A stretch of 62,708 bases of DNA, filler included, from Choristocarpus tenellus KU-1152 (Eukaryota > Protista > Phaeophyceae), in NCBI GenBank assembly GCA_964200185.2. It is 11 parts of 11 records of this genome, joined end to end, with 100 filler letters (N's around TTAATTAATTAA, not from the genome) between each part and the next. Parts side by side here need not be neighbours in the genome. Positions count along the whole stretch, not along the records: positions 12,564 to 19,602 come from CAXNAD020006805.1; positions 19,703 to 36,672 come from CAXNAD020000740.1; 9 more parts are not named here. The stretch is one strand, 5' to 3'. Below the pieces are notes generated by a model. It ran no database searches and was not told where the DNA came from. It saw nothing but the letters and a program-made list of their open reading frames with translations. Positions 13,071 through 24,659 of this stretch are shown in pieces (the stretch's first letter is position 1; each line of letters opens with the position of its first letter). The translations under genes were made by a program, and so were the position numbers.

Positions 13071-13727
13071 ATCTGTCGAAAAAATTCAAACAAGGAAGCC
13101 TAGCAAGTCATAATAAGGGTGAAATGCCAAAGATGAGAAATATGACTTAAAATGCAAAACGGCCAAAACCTGGGTACCTCTCATTTATTTTGACTCAGTA
13201 GTTTATAGAAGTTCGTAAGGAGCGCAGCTCGTGTGTACCTTTCCTATTGTGCTGTAGAAGTACTGGCCCCAAAAAAGGGCAGAGGAATCTTGAAATCAAG
13301 ACCTAGTGGAGAAGTGATGGAAGAGATGTTGATAAGGAAATCCCCAATGACCTGTCTGTCTATGTGGTGTGCTGGAGATTATCTCGTCACCATAATCTCT
13401 CTTCCATAGGTCTATCTGAGTCCTACTTGCGAAATAGCTCAGGCCTGTTCAAATCGTCACCAACGTATATTTGCGTATTAGAGTAGTGGTTGGTTGCCGT
13501 TTTACCCCCCCCCTAACAACGAACATCCGCCCTTTTTCGTCTGTTTGTGCTCTGATAACCAACCGGTCGAAAGAGAGATCCCAGATGGAACAAAATGTGT
13601 TGTTGGAGCTAGCTAGCTGTGGCACAGGAGGGAGTATGACAAGGTGAATCAAAAGTGCACATGGCCTAGTCTGAAGGACAAATATCTCGACGTGGGTGCA
13701 ACCCATCACAACGGAAGCATTGCTAAT

Positions 13728-13982
13728 GAGTCAAAGTAAACGAGAGTTACCCAGAGTTGCATTTGAAGGATGCTGAATATTATGTGCAAAATTCGACTTT
13801 TTAAAGAAACGTATAGGATATTGTCTGAATTGTGTCTAAAAGTTTCAAACAACAGAGAAATAAACACCCTCAAGTAAAATTAGAACTTCATCCACAAAAA
13901 TATGGGTGAATTGCAAAGATTCCAAAACGAGCTTAAAATGCAAACCACCCAAAACCTGGGAACCTCGCGTTTACTTTGGCTC
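13728..13982. mobile_element. MITE family C copy
   Basis: TIR GAGTCAAAGTAAACGAGAG...CTCGCGTTTACTTTGGCTC. Reverse-oriented copy at 27304-27558; partial ends near 13145-13196 and 36285-36325. Confidence 0.85.
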
Positions 13983-14720
13983 GATCCCTGTCCTTTCTGT
14001 GTAGCCAATATCATTCACTCTACAAGCAGAATGGCGAGACAGAAGAGTTTTCATTTTATACATCCAAGTATAGAGTATTTTCCATTGCTGTTAGTCACAC
14101 TCTAATATCAATAGCATATGCTGTTGAAAACATTACTAACATCGCACTATTGAATTGGCGTGCAAAACATACTGCAGGTTCCTCATGGTGTGGGAGCGCT
14201 AATAAAAATGACTATCCCAAGTGGGCGCACAACCCAAGTCGCTCATGATCAACTCCATACATCTTGCATCAGCAGCTTCAAGTAAGAATCAATAATCTGA
14301 GTCACAAGTTGCTACAAGGAGAACACAGGAGAGCACCACTAGAGGTATATGCAGTTTCATTCCTGAAGCATAAACTAATAAACGAATCTGTCCATCCAGT
14401 AGAGTATTCCTTGAAATAGATACGCAAACAATTGCCCCAGTAGACTAGACAGGCTTGCTTCGTAGCGGGGGGAGGAGACACGAAACATTCTACCAACCAA
14501 AAGCCTCAAGTATTCAAAAATCATATTCCTAGTCTTGGTCTTCATCAATACTCCTCTTGCACAATAAACCTTCTTCCCTGTTCAACATCCCATCACGGGC
14601 TGTTTGTATCACCTCACCTGCAAACCGATCTTTCAGCTTCTCCATTTTGGTGTGGTTGAAAAATTCTCTTTTCTCCACTTCAGTCACTTTTATCTGCATC
14701 CTGGGTGTGTTTAAGTGCAA

Positions 14721-14893
14721 GCCCTTATTATTGATTATTTTACGAATTTGACGATTTACAGATTCAATGGAATCTGTTGTATAAATCACCTTCCTGATTT
14801 CTTCAGGAAAAGCAAAAAATGGTATAATACCAGACCAGTTCCTTTGCCATATATCTGATATAACTGGATACTTATCATCCCATTTAGTAGAAA
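14721..14893 (-). pseudogene. Bacterial IS256-family transposase fragment
   Basis: FSTKWDDKYPVISDIWQRNWSGIIPFFAFPEEIRKVIYTTDSIESVNRQIRKIINNKG is the IS256 (mutator-type) signature region. AT-rich. Confidence 0.9.
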
Positions 14894-15100
14894 ATGATTT
14901 TAGCTCTAGATGAGTCTATCAATATGAATGGTTTATCGATAAAGCTTGGTATGTCAGCTTTGTTTTTTGCTCAAGTGCTTGGTATTGACCTTGCCTTTGG
15001 CGATTATATTATAATTATTTTAACTGGTACACTTGGTTCCATTAGTGGTGCTGGTATTCCTAGAGCATTTATTATTATGTTACCTATTATGCTTACTTCG
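14894..15100 (+). pseudogene. gltP: Dicarboxylate/amino acid:cation symporter (GltP-like) fragment, Rickettsiaceae-like
   Basis: SINMNGLSIKLGMSALFFAQVLGIDLAFGDYIIIILTGTLGSISGAGIPRAFIIMLPIMLTS matches the DAACS INMDG...FxAQ...SIGxAGIPG motifs, with substitutions at conserved sites. Confidence 0.85.
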
Positions 15101-15101
15101 G

Positions 15102-15299
15102 ACCAAGGCTGGGCTTGACTATCTACCCACTAATGCATTATACGGCGCATTACTTTCTATCAAGAAAGATTTGGATGCAAATGAGAATCTTGTATCTGGT
15201 TGGATAGTAAAAGGTAACGCTGCTTTTAATAAAGAGAAGCAAGAAGCTACTCCTGTTATTTTAAAGTTTGGTGATGAGCCTAATAAAAATATAGAGATT
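15102..15299 (+). pseudogene. traD: Ti-type conjugal transfer protein TraD fragment (Rickettsia/Orientia RAGE-type)
   Basis: KAGLDYLPTNALYGALLSIK..W..KGNAAFNKEKQEATPVILKFGDEP parallels the rickettsial TraD(Ti) pattern as I recall it (KAKLDHLPTNTLFGAIVSLK..FDKEQQ..VILKF..EP). Confidence 0.8.
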
Positions 15300-15315
15300 T
15301 TATTAGATCACCACT

Positions 15316-15492
15316 GCTCCAAAGTATTTGGGGAGGGGGGTCTACACCAGGGTGTTCATTTGGGCAACAACCAGGAAAAGTGCACTTTCATCATCAATCC
15401 GGCGTATGGAATCAAATCATCCAAAAAATCGCGACAAGAAAAAATTGCCCCCAAATGGACAGCCGCCACATCCCCCTCTGATACTTTGAGCC
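15316..15492. mobile_element. MITE family A copy (about 180 bp)
   Basis: CAAAGTATTTGGGAGGGG...CCCCCTCTGATACTTTG TIR; the interior is shared with the other A copies. Confidence 0.85.
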
Positions 15493-16254
15493 TCAACCAA
15501 AGAAAGGCTTAATGAGACCATTACAAAATGCCCCTGCAATGCCCAGGCTCATAGGAAGTGAACAAATGGAGAGAAAGATAGGGAGTCTTGAACTAGAGGA
15601 CAGCGTATGTTACTGTAGAATTGTAGAAACTGAAGGATAATTCTAGGTGAGGGGACACAAACAATCAACAACAGGTGGGGGGGGATGTCGAAAAGGTATA
15701 TTTGATGGTTGTAGAAAAGTTATTTATTTGTATTATTGATGGGGGCTAGAGGTAAGATGTTCGTATTCAGAAATGCTGTTCTCCTCTCCATTGCACAAGC
15801 CAATCCTGTCCACTGTTCGAGGGGACACGAAAATCACTTGTGGGGTTTGGATGTTGAACAGGGATAATTGATTGTGAGAAAGAGTTGTTGAGGTCGAGGT
15901 GAAAGGTGTTCTCATTCGGTACCTGTTTCCCCCTGCACTAACTACACAAGGGAGGTCTCTCGACTGTTCTCTCTGTGGCAATCAATCGCCATTCATACAT
16001 CAATGATTAATTGAAGTAGATAGATTCATTGACTAGTTACATCTTTTCCCTATTTTTCTTCCACTAGCTTGGTTTCTTTCTTGTTCCTTGTTGCCATATC
16101 TCAAGCAGTATAGTGTGTACTTGCCTTTTTAGTAGTGTAGCAGTGGAGTGCTTTTTCGACATGGATGGGTCTGAGATCCCTCATAATAACGTGATGAAGA
16201 ATTGGAACTCGAAGAAATGTAAAATGTTACCTAAATTATCATTAGACAAATTCG

Positions 16255-16328
16255 TACTCTAGCCGGGGCTCGAACCCGGGACCTTTCGCGTGTAAGGCGA
16301 ACGTTATAACCAACTAAACCACCAGAGC
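16255..16328 (-). tRNA. trnV-TAC: tRNA-Val (anticodon TAC)
   Basis: GCTCTGG/CTAGAGT acceptor stem, TTCGC-CTTACAC-GCGAA anticodon arm, CCGGG-TTCGAGC-CCCGG T arm, no encoded CCA. Confidence 0.95.
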
Positions 16329-16544
16329 ACACCACTGTTCACTGCATATTTGACATTTTTTCACTAACTAATGTACTCATCACTCTTGACCCAATGCCAA
16401 CCAATCAATCCACCTTGCGAAATGTCTGTATTTCTGACTCTAACTCATAGTCACTTGGCGTTAGTAGTGGTTTTGGTGGTTACAAGGGTTTATTTACTTC
16501 ACGTTAGAATCCTGCCCCACACGCAAAGCTTCTCCTGTGCTTGC

Positions 16545-16727
16545 AGCTCAAAGTATCTGGGGGTGGGGGTGGGGGATCTACACCAGGGGTGTCCATTCGG
16601 GTCCTGACCAGGAGAAGTATATTTACATTATCCATCTGACGCAAGCAACCAAATCACCCAAAAATCACGACATGGAAGAATGGGCTCCGAATGGACAGCC
16701 AGCATCCCCCCCCAGATACTTTGAGCC
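16545..16727. mobile_element. MITE family A copy
   Basis: CAAAGTATCTGGGG...CCCCAGATACTTTG. Confidence 0.9.
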
Positions 16728-18213
16728 CTTGTCCTTCAACTCCAGTCAGTCAAGCAATAAAGTATTGAAAGTCATTCAAGGAGTTCCCATTCAATTCGCA
16801 TCCTTGTGGCCTACTGGAAAATAGAGGCTAGTTCTCACATATTTTTTTCGAGGATCCGAACCCTATCAACTCGAGAGTTTTTGTCAATGAAATCTGGTTT
16901 TGATTATCCGAAAGTACATGTACTTCGCATGCACCACAGATTGTACACCTACACTACTACCCTATCTATGCCCAATATACCACTGCCAAATGTTCGAACA
17001 AAAACGATGTGGTAAGGCCTCATTGTTAAGCGACGCAGAGTTGGGTTCAGCATAAGATTTACAGGAGGAGATGAAGTGATGGGCAGTGAGGTGGCTGTAC
17101 CTAACAACATGTAGTAAAAAAAAAGGCACGATCGGCCGCAGTACAATTTGTCTTAGTGCAACAGTTTGTTACTGCAATAGTTAATATTATATAGTAGTAT
17201 GAGGAGGAACGCAGTGCCCACTACTTCTATTGACCATTATTTGCTTGGATGATCCCCAGACTAAACTACTGTAAAACGGTAAGCCTCCTCGTGGCATGGC
17301 GATGTTCTACTAACTTCTGTCATTGAAATGCACACATTCAAACCTGGTTGCAACCGGTTTCATTCAAAGGAAATATGTTTTTGAAGGTCCACTTGGCTAC
17401 CACAACGGAAAGGTAAACCCGTACCTTCTGGTCTATCGCTAAACCCTTATGGAATAACATTTCGGAGCATATTGAGATGCACACATACTTTTTTTATACC
17501 TCTGATTGACCATCAGTTCGTGATATTGAAGAATGAAGTCACTACTAAACCAACCCACCTAGCTGCGTTTCTAAGTGGGGTGAAACACATTTCCGACCTC
17601 ACCAGTGGTGGTTTCCCAGCAGGAGTTTCTGTAAAAGGAATGCCCAGGTTCAAACCTGGTCGAGGCCATTTTTTCAGTTCAGACACTCGTTTGTTCCATC
17701 CAATATAATCCCTTGAATTGACGCCATTGCTCACAACAACAGTGCTACACTACTAGAAAACTCAGCGTTTGAACACTATGCCACCATCTACTACTTCCAG
17801 GGATCAACTTTTCGAACACTCCAAGCCTTAAGCTACATTACAGCCATGGGGTGCCATGTACTGCACTTTAAACTCCCTAAACTTTCAAAAGGAGAGACTA
17901 AATAAATATACCCTCTAAGAAGATTGGATGGCGCAACCACCATCCAATCCGTTGCCACATTTTTACACAAATTCTGCCCGTTTCTGAATGCAGGGTTTGC
18001 TTACTTTGTATTGTGCTCGTCATGAAACTGTAGCCAGAACCAAGAAATGCTTCCATTCACCAAATTAATGCGAAGTACATTCAGTGCTATTACGGAAAAG
18101 GTATCATCTAGCAGTTGTTTCGTGGGGGGTGGTGTCTGTATGAAGATCAACAGCCTGTGTGAGTGCTGTCTACTCATTTTTTCCACAAATATAATAACCT
18201 TGAAGACATTCAG

Positions 18214-18484
18214 GAGTCAATGTATCTTAGAGGGTAGAGTCGCGCCCATTTGGGGATCAAAATCCAATGTTGCGATTTTGATGTAATTTTGGCTATAATA
18301 TTTGTTTGAAAGTGCCAATACCCTTGTTCTGGACATACACATGATACTCCAAAACGTACACATTACACCTACTCCGAAATGTCTTGGAGTAGGAAAAATG
18401 TCATAAAAACCCGTGGGAAGCCAAGCTCCAAACAGACAGACAGACAACAGGTCAAAACTCGTACCCTCTAAGATACTTCCACTC
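18214..18484. mobile_element. MITE family B copy with 4-bp TSD TCAG
   Basis: tcag|GAGTCAATGTATCTTAGAGGGTA...TACCCTCTAAGATACTTCCACTC|tcag. Confidence 0.9.
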
Positions 18485-19440
18485 TCAGGTCAAATCTGCC
18501 TTATTTTGTCCATATGGAGGACCCAGGAATTGTCTCTCCTGACTTCTACACGGGCATCATCAAGCACAATTCACCATTCTTCTCAGCTTCAAGGCTGAAA
18601 TTGTGGAGGAGTAATTGGCACTGTCTGAAAGAGGTCATATATGATACATGTAACAGAAAAAACCTCGAGCACATTTTTTTTTGTCTTCTCTCTTCCATTG
18701 GTTTGATTCACTACATACAATTGTTATGGTTTTGAAAAATTAGCATCAATCAGTCAATCCTTTCCAAATCTTTCTATTTATCTGGATTTGTGTGGATACA
18801 ATGCTCAAGGTAAAGGGCACTCCACAAATTAGTTATCACTAGGCCTTTCATGGCATCAATCAAGCATGGCACCCACACCTCGTTCAGAGTGCACAACAAA
18901 TACTGTCTGGACAATGACCAAATAATGCGTAGCCTCCACTCTAGACAAATTAGTACATAGCAGCCACCCTCAAAACAGATGTGAATCAAAGTTAGGTAAC
19001 ACCATTCTCCAAAAACAGGATAGAACCTTGCTATATTAGCAAAGAAGTATCGCTGACTCCAAACTGCTACTACAACTTTAGCACAGTCAATACCTTACAG
19101 AAGAGGGCTGGCAAGAACTCCAAACACTGCATCATCTCCTTTCTACTAATTCTCAATTCTGAAGACATATATTACTGAGGTCCAGGAGTACATCTTTGTG
19201 TGATGATGTCCAATCTTAATAACCCAATTCTCCCCCCTCTTAGCTGTAGCTGGACAATACGACCTGATAGGACCTCCTATAAGGAGCAGCCCAATTGAAC
19301 CTTTCACTACAAACGACGTGAAGTGCTTTGTCTTGTGTTGAACGATCACCATGACTTGTGCTACCTTCTTAACCCTCCTCCATGACATATACTGCTGCTA
19401 CGTCCTCTCCTTCACTCTTCCTCTCACTATCTGCTTCAAC

Positions 19441-19580
19441 TCCCCCTCCCCCCTCCTCTCCTCCCTCTTCCTCCTCCTCCCCTCCTCCATCCTCCTCCTC
19501 CCCCCCTCCATCCTCCTCTTCCTCCCCCCCTCCATCCTCCTCCTCCTCCCCCCCTCCATCCTCCTCCTCCTCCTCTTCTT
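19441..19580. repeat. Compound (CTC)n / CCCTCCAT low-complexity array
   Basis: Seen directly; lies at a contig end. Confidence 0.9.
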
Positions 19581-20149
19581 CCATTTCAGCCCCCCCAGCC
19601 CCNNNNNNNNNNNNNNNNNNNNNNNNNNNNNNNNNNNNNNNNNNNNTTAATTAATTAANNNNNNNNNNNNNNNNNNNNNNNNNNNNNNNNNNNNNNNNNN
19701 NNTTCAAAAAGGGACCCTTACAAAAAAAACATATGGGCACTTTCCGCGCACCATTTTGGGAAATATCCATCCTCCATGAAATGATCCATCCGCCATTATC
19801 TTGATCCGCTGTTGAAGGGGTCACAAAATCAGACACCAACATAAAACCATTAAAGAAAGTAGGGTGGAGGGGTTGAAGTTTGAAGTTGAGAGACCAGTGT
19901 TTCAGTTTTGAATCGGAAAAGGATTTCAAGTTCTGTATAGATTAAGGAATATAACTTCGTGTACTACCTGCATATAAATATATTGATCGAACTTATGTGG
20001 TTGGATGTTTGGGATATGAGGTTGATGCTGTGGCTAGACGATGTAATTGGGCGAAGGTATATTCCTATGTAGAGATAGTTGGGTGGTCTTTATTACTGCA
20101 TGGGATTACCGTAGTTAACTATTTTTTTCCAACATTACCATTACGATGT

Positions 20150-20460
20150 ATATTTTATTATTATGTCCTCTGACATTTTGGAGATGTGTCAGGGGAAAAA
20201 AACGATGAAAATTATTCAGAAAAAAAGTAACAGTTGTCGTAAATGTGAAAGACGTTCATCTATTTACTAGTTTACTACCAGCTATGCTGCACCACTCCCT
20301 TCCTATGCCTCCAACCTAGCTTAGTCCTGCACCACAGGGTGAGGAGGTAGGGAAGCATCCCAAGAATCTTACAAGCCCCTCCTTGCCCATCTCCCTGGTG
20401 TCTCCAGCTTAAAACGCATGACACGTCTAGATAGGGCTATGTGTGTTGTGACTGAGACCA
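20150..20460 (-). mobile_element. CRE-like LINE 3' end (5'-truncated)
   Basis: Colinear with 23590-23900 and ends in a TAA-rich tail. Confidence 0.8.
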
Positions 20461-20544
20461 TTACCATATAGTACCCATAATTCACGGTATACCTTACCGC
20501 ATTGTACCATACCTTTACCCTAAACACTGTTATCATACCATATG

Positions 20545-20812
20545 ATATTTATGCCTCCCTAACTCCTCGCCCTGTGGTGTAGGGCAAAGCTAGGTTAGAG
20601 GCATAGCAGTAGCGTACACATATCATTGTAATTATGAGCTTTGATGGGAGTGGTGTAGTATAGCTGGTAGTAAAATAGTACATACAGATTCTGGATAGAT
20701 ATCTTTCACATTTACAACAAGTGGTTCTTTTATAGGGGTCCTTATGATATTGAATTGATTGGCTCTTTCCCTGACACATCTCCAAAATGTCAGAGGGCAT
20801 AGTAATAAATAT
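20545..20812 (+). mobile_element. CRE-like LINE 3' UTR copy, inverted relative to 20150-20360
   Basis: ccctgacacatctccaaaatgtcagagggcatagtaataaatat is nearly the reverse complement of 20150-20195. Confidence 0.8.
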
Positions 20813-21479
20813 GTAAGGTACACAGGGCCACCCGTGATCTTCTATTCCTACTACACCAGGGAGAGATGAAGTTAATGCACTCAAGGACGGGCACAACAAG
20901 GACTCTTGCTATTCTGCAGGGCTGTAGGCAAAGCTCTCCAGTACGTTAAGTCTACCGTTGGACCACAGGTTCCCTCCTGAACCTTCCTGGACGACAAATC
21001 CATCAAAACAAGGGAGAAAAAAACTCCGCTGCTACCCCTGCTTTTGAATAGCCGAGGACAGACCTGTACGAGCTTGGGCAGAGTACTAAACATGGATAAG
21101 ACCTCGCTGCACCAACTCAGGGCTACCAGCCCACACCCTCCGAACTGAAACTCCTAGCTATTGCGGGAATGAACCTGGTTCCGGACCCAAATCATCTTGT
21201 CGTACTGGGGGCTCTGGACGGGACAGATAAACTATCGAGTAATATTAACTGAGAGAGGGGTGCCACTGATCTCAAAGCGTCCCTCTTTTTGGTGGTACAT
21301 GTTTTTGGACCACTCAGTTCGAATCTGTAGAGTGTATTTTGACTGTTTTGGGGCAATGTTTTGTTTGAGTATGCAAGCTATCCTTGCCCTAGTTCAAATG
21401 TTTTCATCTTCTCTACACAAGTGTTGAAAATTGTCTTACAACTCAAAACGGGCAAATACCCTCCCCTCTCAGTCATGTT

Positions 21480-23580
21480 GACTCTATCCAAGCCCATGAC
21501 CGGAGTGATCGAGAGTCAGACTCACGAATACTGGCCACACACCTGGGTGAGGAAGAGGATAAGCAAGATTCCTGACTCCTCAACTCCTGGTACCTCTCTT
21601 CCCGTTTGGGTTATTGGTGAGAGTCATTCCCTCTCACCTGGAACGCTCATTCGATGTAATGAGCTGACAACACCTTGCTGTGGACTCTGGAGGAGAAAGT
21701 GGAGGTAGCAGACTCAGCTGGAGTGAGTTATTTGACGGAGTGTGTGAAAATGGGTCTCTTCCCCTTCAAACACACCAACAAGTCGAGGCACAGATGACCA
21801 CAATTTCAGGGAGCCAAGGCCCATCTTTCATGAGACACTGCCAGGTTGCAGCTTTTGTGGTTTTGCTAATGGGGATTCTCCCCACCCTTCTAGCAAGGCA
21901 ACATGGGCCTCGTAGAGAGGTTTCTACCCAGGCCATTTGTGCGAGCTCCACAGTCCAGGTCTCAGGATTGTCGATCCACACACTCCTCTCATCAGAAGTC
22001 CCTTTGGAAGACTTCACCGGAATTATTGGCCAAAGATGGGTAGACTGGGCAGGAACAACAACTCCTGCTCCTGTCCCGGAGGTCCACACTATAGCATCTC
22101 ATGACAGCAGGAGCATGAGGAAAGCACAGCACGAGATCATCCACCTTCTGAACAGGATCCGTTTTGATTCATTTCAGACGCAACTGGCCAACCTTCTGGG
22201 TAATGCACAGGAACAAGGGAAGGAAAGTTCTTCACTAGCAATTACCTGCCACTAAAGCCAGTGTGGACAAGGTGGCAAAACATGGGCCTCCACGCAACCC
22301 CTGGAATCAGATGTCAAGATTCCTCATGTAGAGATGAGAGTCGCCGCCAGCAAATCTATAGGGAGGGAGGAAGGCCCTATCCAACAGGGGTCCAATGATC
22401 GGGTGCAGGAGCGCATAATGTTAACACCCGAGATGCCCGTGCCTGCCCTAGGGCGGGAGGACAAGAGCACCAGCACGCACCGATGGTGAAACGCCTAGCC
22501 CAAACTATACAATGTAATGGGCATCCGTTGCACTTTGGAGGATGGCAGCTGGTTACAATGGACTGGAATTTGTGCTTGGTTGTGGTAATCCATGCTGGGG
22601 CACTCTCAGATGCTGGCTCAGCTCCCTACCAGGACAAAGATCTCCTTCTGGATGTCGCTTTTGCACAAGTCCAAGCAGCCTGTCATCTGCCCCAATCATC
22701 CACCAGCACCAGCAATGGTGTAGCTGCTGGTCCAGCCTAGGCACGAAATCTCATATTATCCTAGTAGGAAGTTCAGGCGTCCATTGGGAGCCTTTGTGAT
22801 CATCTAGTGAGTTTCATGTCATTTGAGTGCACGTGTCAGCGGTAACAGCATTTTCCTTCATCTGGGCGCACCTATCTCTTCCACCCCCCTGCCTAGACCA
22901 AATCCGACGGGAAAAATCACCCACAAAATGGGCATTAAACTGGGGTGTTTTTCAACAATCCAACAAGCCCGAATGGACGACCTAGCCTAAATTTCCCCCA
23001 CCCTTTAGGATACTATGGGCCCTACCTAATAAAGCACACCCATTACGAGGGATCTTTTGACCCTTGTAATTTTTAATCGTAACAACTTCGCGGTGGGAAA
23101 TTTTGGGCACCATGGAAAGCAGGCAGAAGGTTCCTTGAATAAGTTAGCCACCCACACTGTAGGGGGGGAAGGACCAGGAGGAAATCGTAGGAAAGGAGCT
23201 GTCAAGTCCCATTTGAGACAGATAGTGGTGTCCATCATTGCACAAGTGACTCTCTCAAGATGCATCATGCGTTTCAAGCTAGAGACACCGGGCAGATGGA
23301 CAAGAAGGGGCCTGTTAGACTGTTAGGATGCATCCCTGGCTCATTGCCCAACTCCAAAGGCCTTAACTAGGTTAGAAGCATAGCAGTGTACGCATTACTT
23401 TGTAGTTACAATCATTGGGGCACTATTGTTGCATTATTAGTTTTCAAGTGGTACATACTACTCTAGAGAGGTGTCTTGTGAATAAACAACAGCTGTTATT
23501 TTTTGCTGTGGTCCTTGTCATATTGCTTTACTTTTCCCCGTGACATATCTACAAAACGTAGGAGGGCAAACAATATGTGT
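21480..23580 (+). mobile_element. Long decayed CRE-like non-LTR retrotransposon (RT C-terminus, Zn knuckle, RLE, 3' UTR)
   Basis: ORF 21680-22255, then ARACPRAGGQEHQH, LLLDVAFAQVQAACHL..NGVAA and NFAVGNFGHHGKQAEGSLNKLATH, followed by the shared 3' UTR. Interrupted near 22810-23025. Confidence 0.75.
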
Positions 23581-23589
23581 TCCAATGTT

Positions 23590-24165
23590 TTTATTATTGT
23601 TATGCCCTCTGACATTTTGCACATGTGTCGCAGGAAAAACCAATGAAAAGCCAATTCGACATCGTAACTACCCCTGAAAAAGTAACAGTTGTCGTAAATG
23701 TGCAAGATATCTTTTTATCATATATTTACTATTTGACTACCAGCTATGCTACACCACTGCCCTCCTATGCCTCCAACCTAGCTTAGCCCTACACCACAGG
23801 GCGAGGAGCTAGGGAAGCATCCCAAGTATCTGACAGACCCCTCCTTGCCCATCTCTATGGCGCATCATGATAGAGCCACTTGTGTTGTGACAGACACTAT
23901 TTGTCATAAACGGGATTTGACGGCTCCTTCCCTTCTGTAGCCAGCCACCCCTCTTCCCCCTATCCTGTGCATAGCCAATCATTCAGAATTTTTTCTGCTT
24001 GCTTCTCGAGGCGCCCAAAACTTTCTACCGCGAAGGTGTTGATGATAAAACTACGAGGGTCAAAAGAACCCTCGTAGTGGATGCGCTTTCGCGCCTCAGC
24101 TGCAGCAGCAGCTACACCATTGGTGGTGGATGAGTGGGTTAGATGGGAGGCTGCTTGCACTTCTG
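23590..24165 (-). mobile_element. CRE-like LINE 3' part
   Basis: NGVAAAAAEARKRIHYEGSFDPRSFIINTFAVESFGRLEKQAEK is a clear RLE motif. Confidence 0.85.
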
Positions 24166-24659
24166 GAAAATTCTTTGTTGTTGTACCGAACTATTAATTT
24201 CACGGTAGACCTTACCATACATTACTACCATGACCCAAATATTGATGATTATGTATTATTCTCTCAGCAGGTATGGCACTATGTTCCTGCAATATTATTT
24301 ATGTAGAGAACAGAACCACATACTTCGAAGTATTTACAACACCCATCAGTAAAGAACTGTCTCATACTTGATATCTGTCTGCATCGAAGGTCTCAAAGCA
24401 AAAAGCATTCAATATTTTTCCCCTTTTTTTCTCTGCGTAAGACTGTATGGACCCAATCTAATCCACCCTTTTTTCCCTTAGCTTTCAATCCAAGAAAATG
24501 TTTGTCACTTCAACAAAGGGGGGCAGAGGAAGACTCGGTCCCCCACCACCATCACCACTATCAACATCAACATCCTGCGTCTAGTTCTGGTCTCCTGACA
24601 ATTCACTTCCTTGTACCGGCTTTACTTATCTGCAGTAGTTGTAACACAAAGTACGTCCA

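Noticed and set aside
15033-15512. 159-aa ORF as a real fusion gene
   Set aside because: It is a chance read-through of off-frame gltP, the traD fragment and a MITE.
17170-19340. Long decayed coding-like region on the minus strand
   Set aside because: Probably a TE relic, but I could not recognise any diagnostic motif.
19351-19654. Poly-Glu/Gly or Ser/Pro ORFs
   Set aside because: Frames are open only because of the CTC microsatellite and the N spacer.
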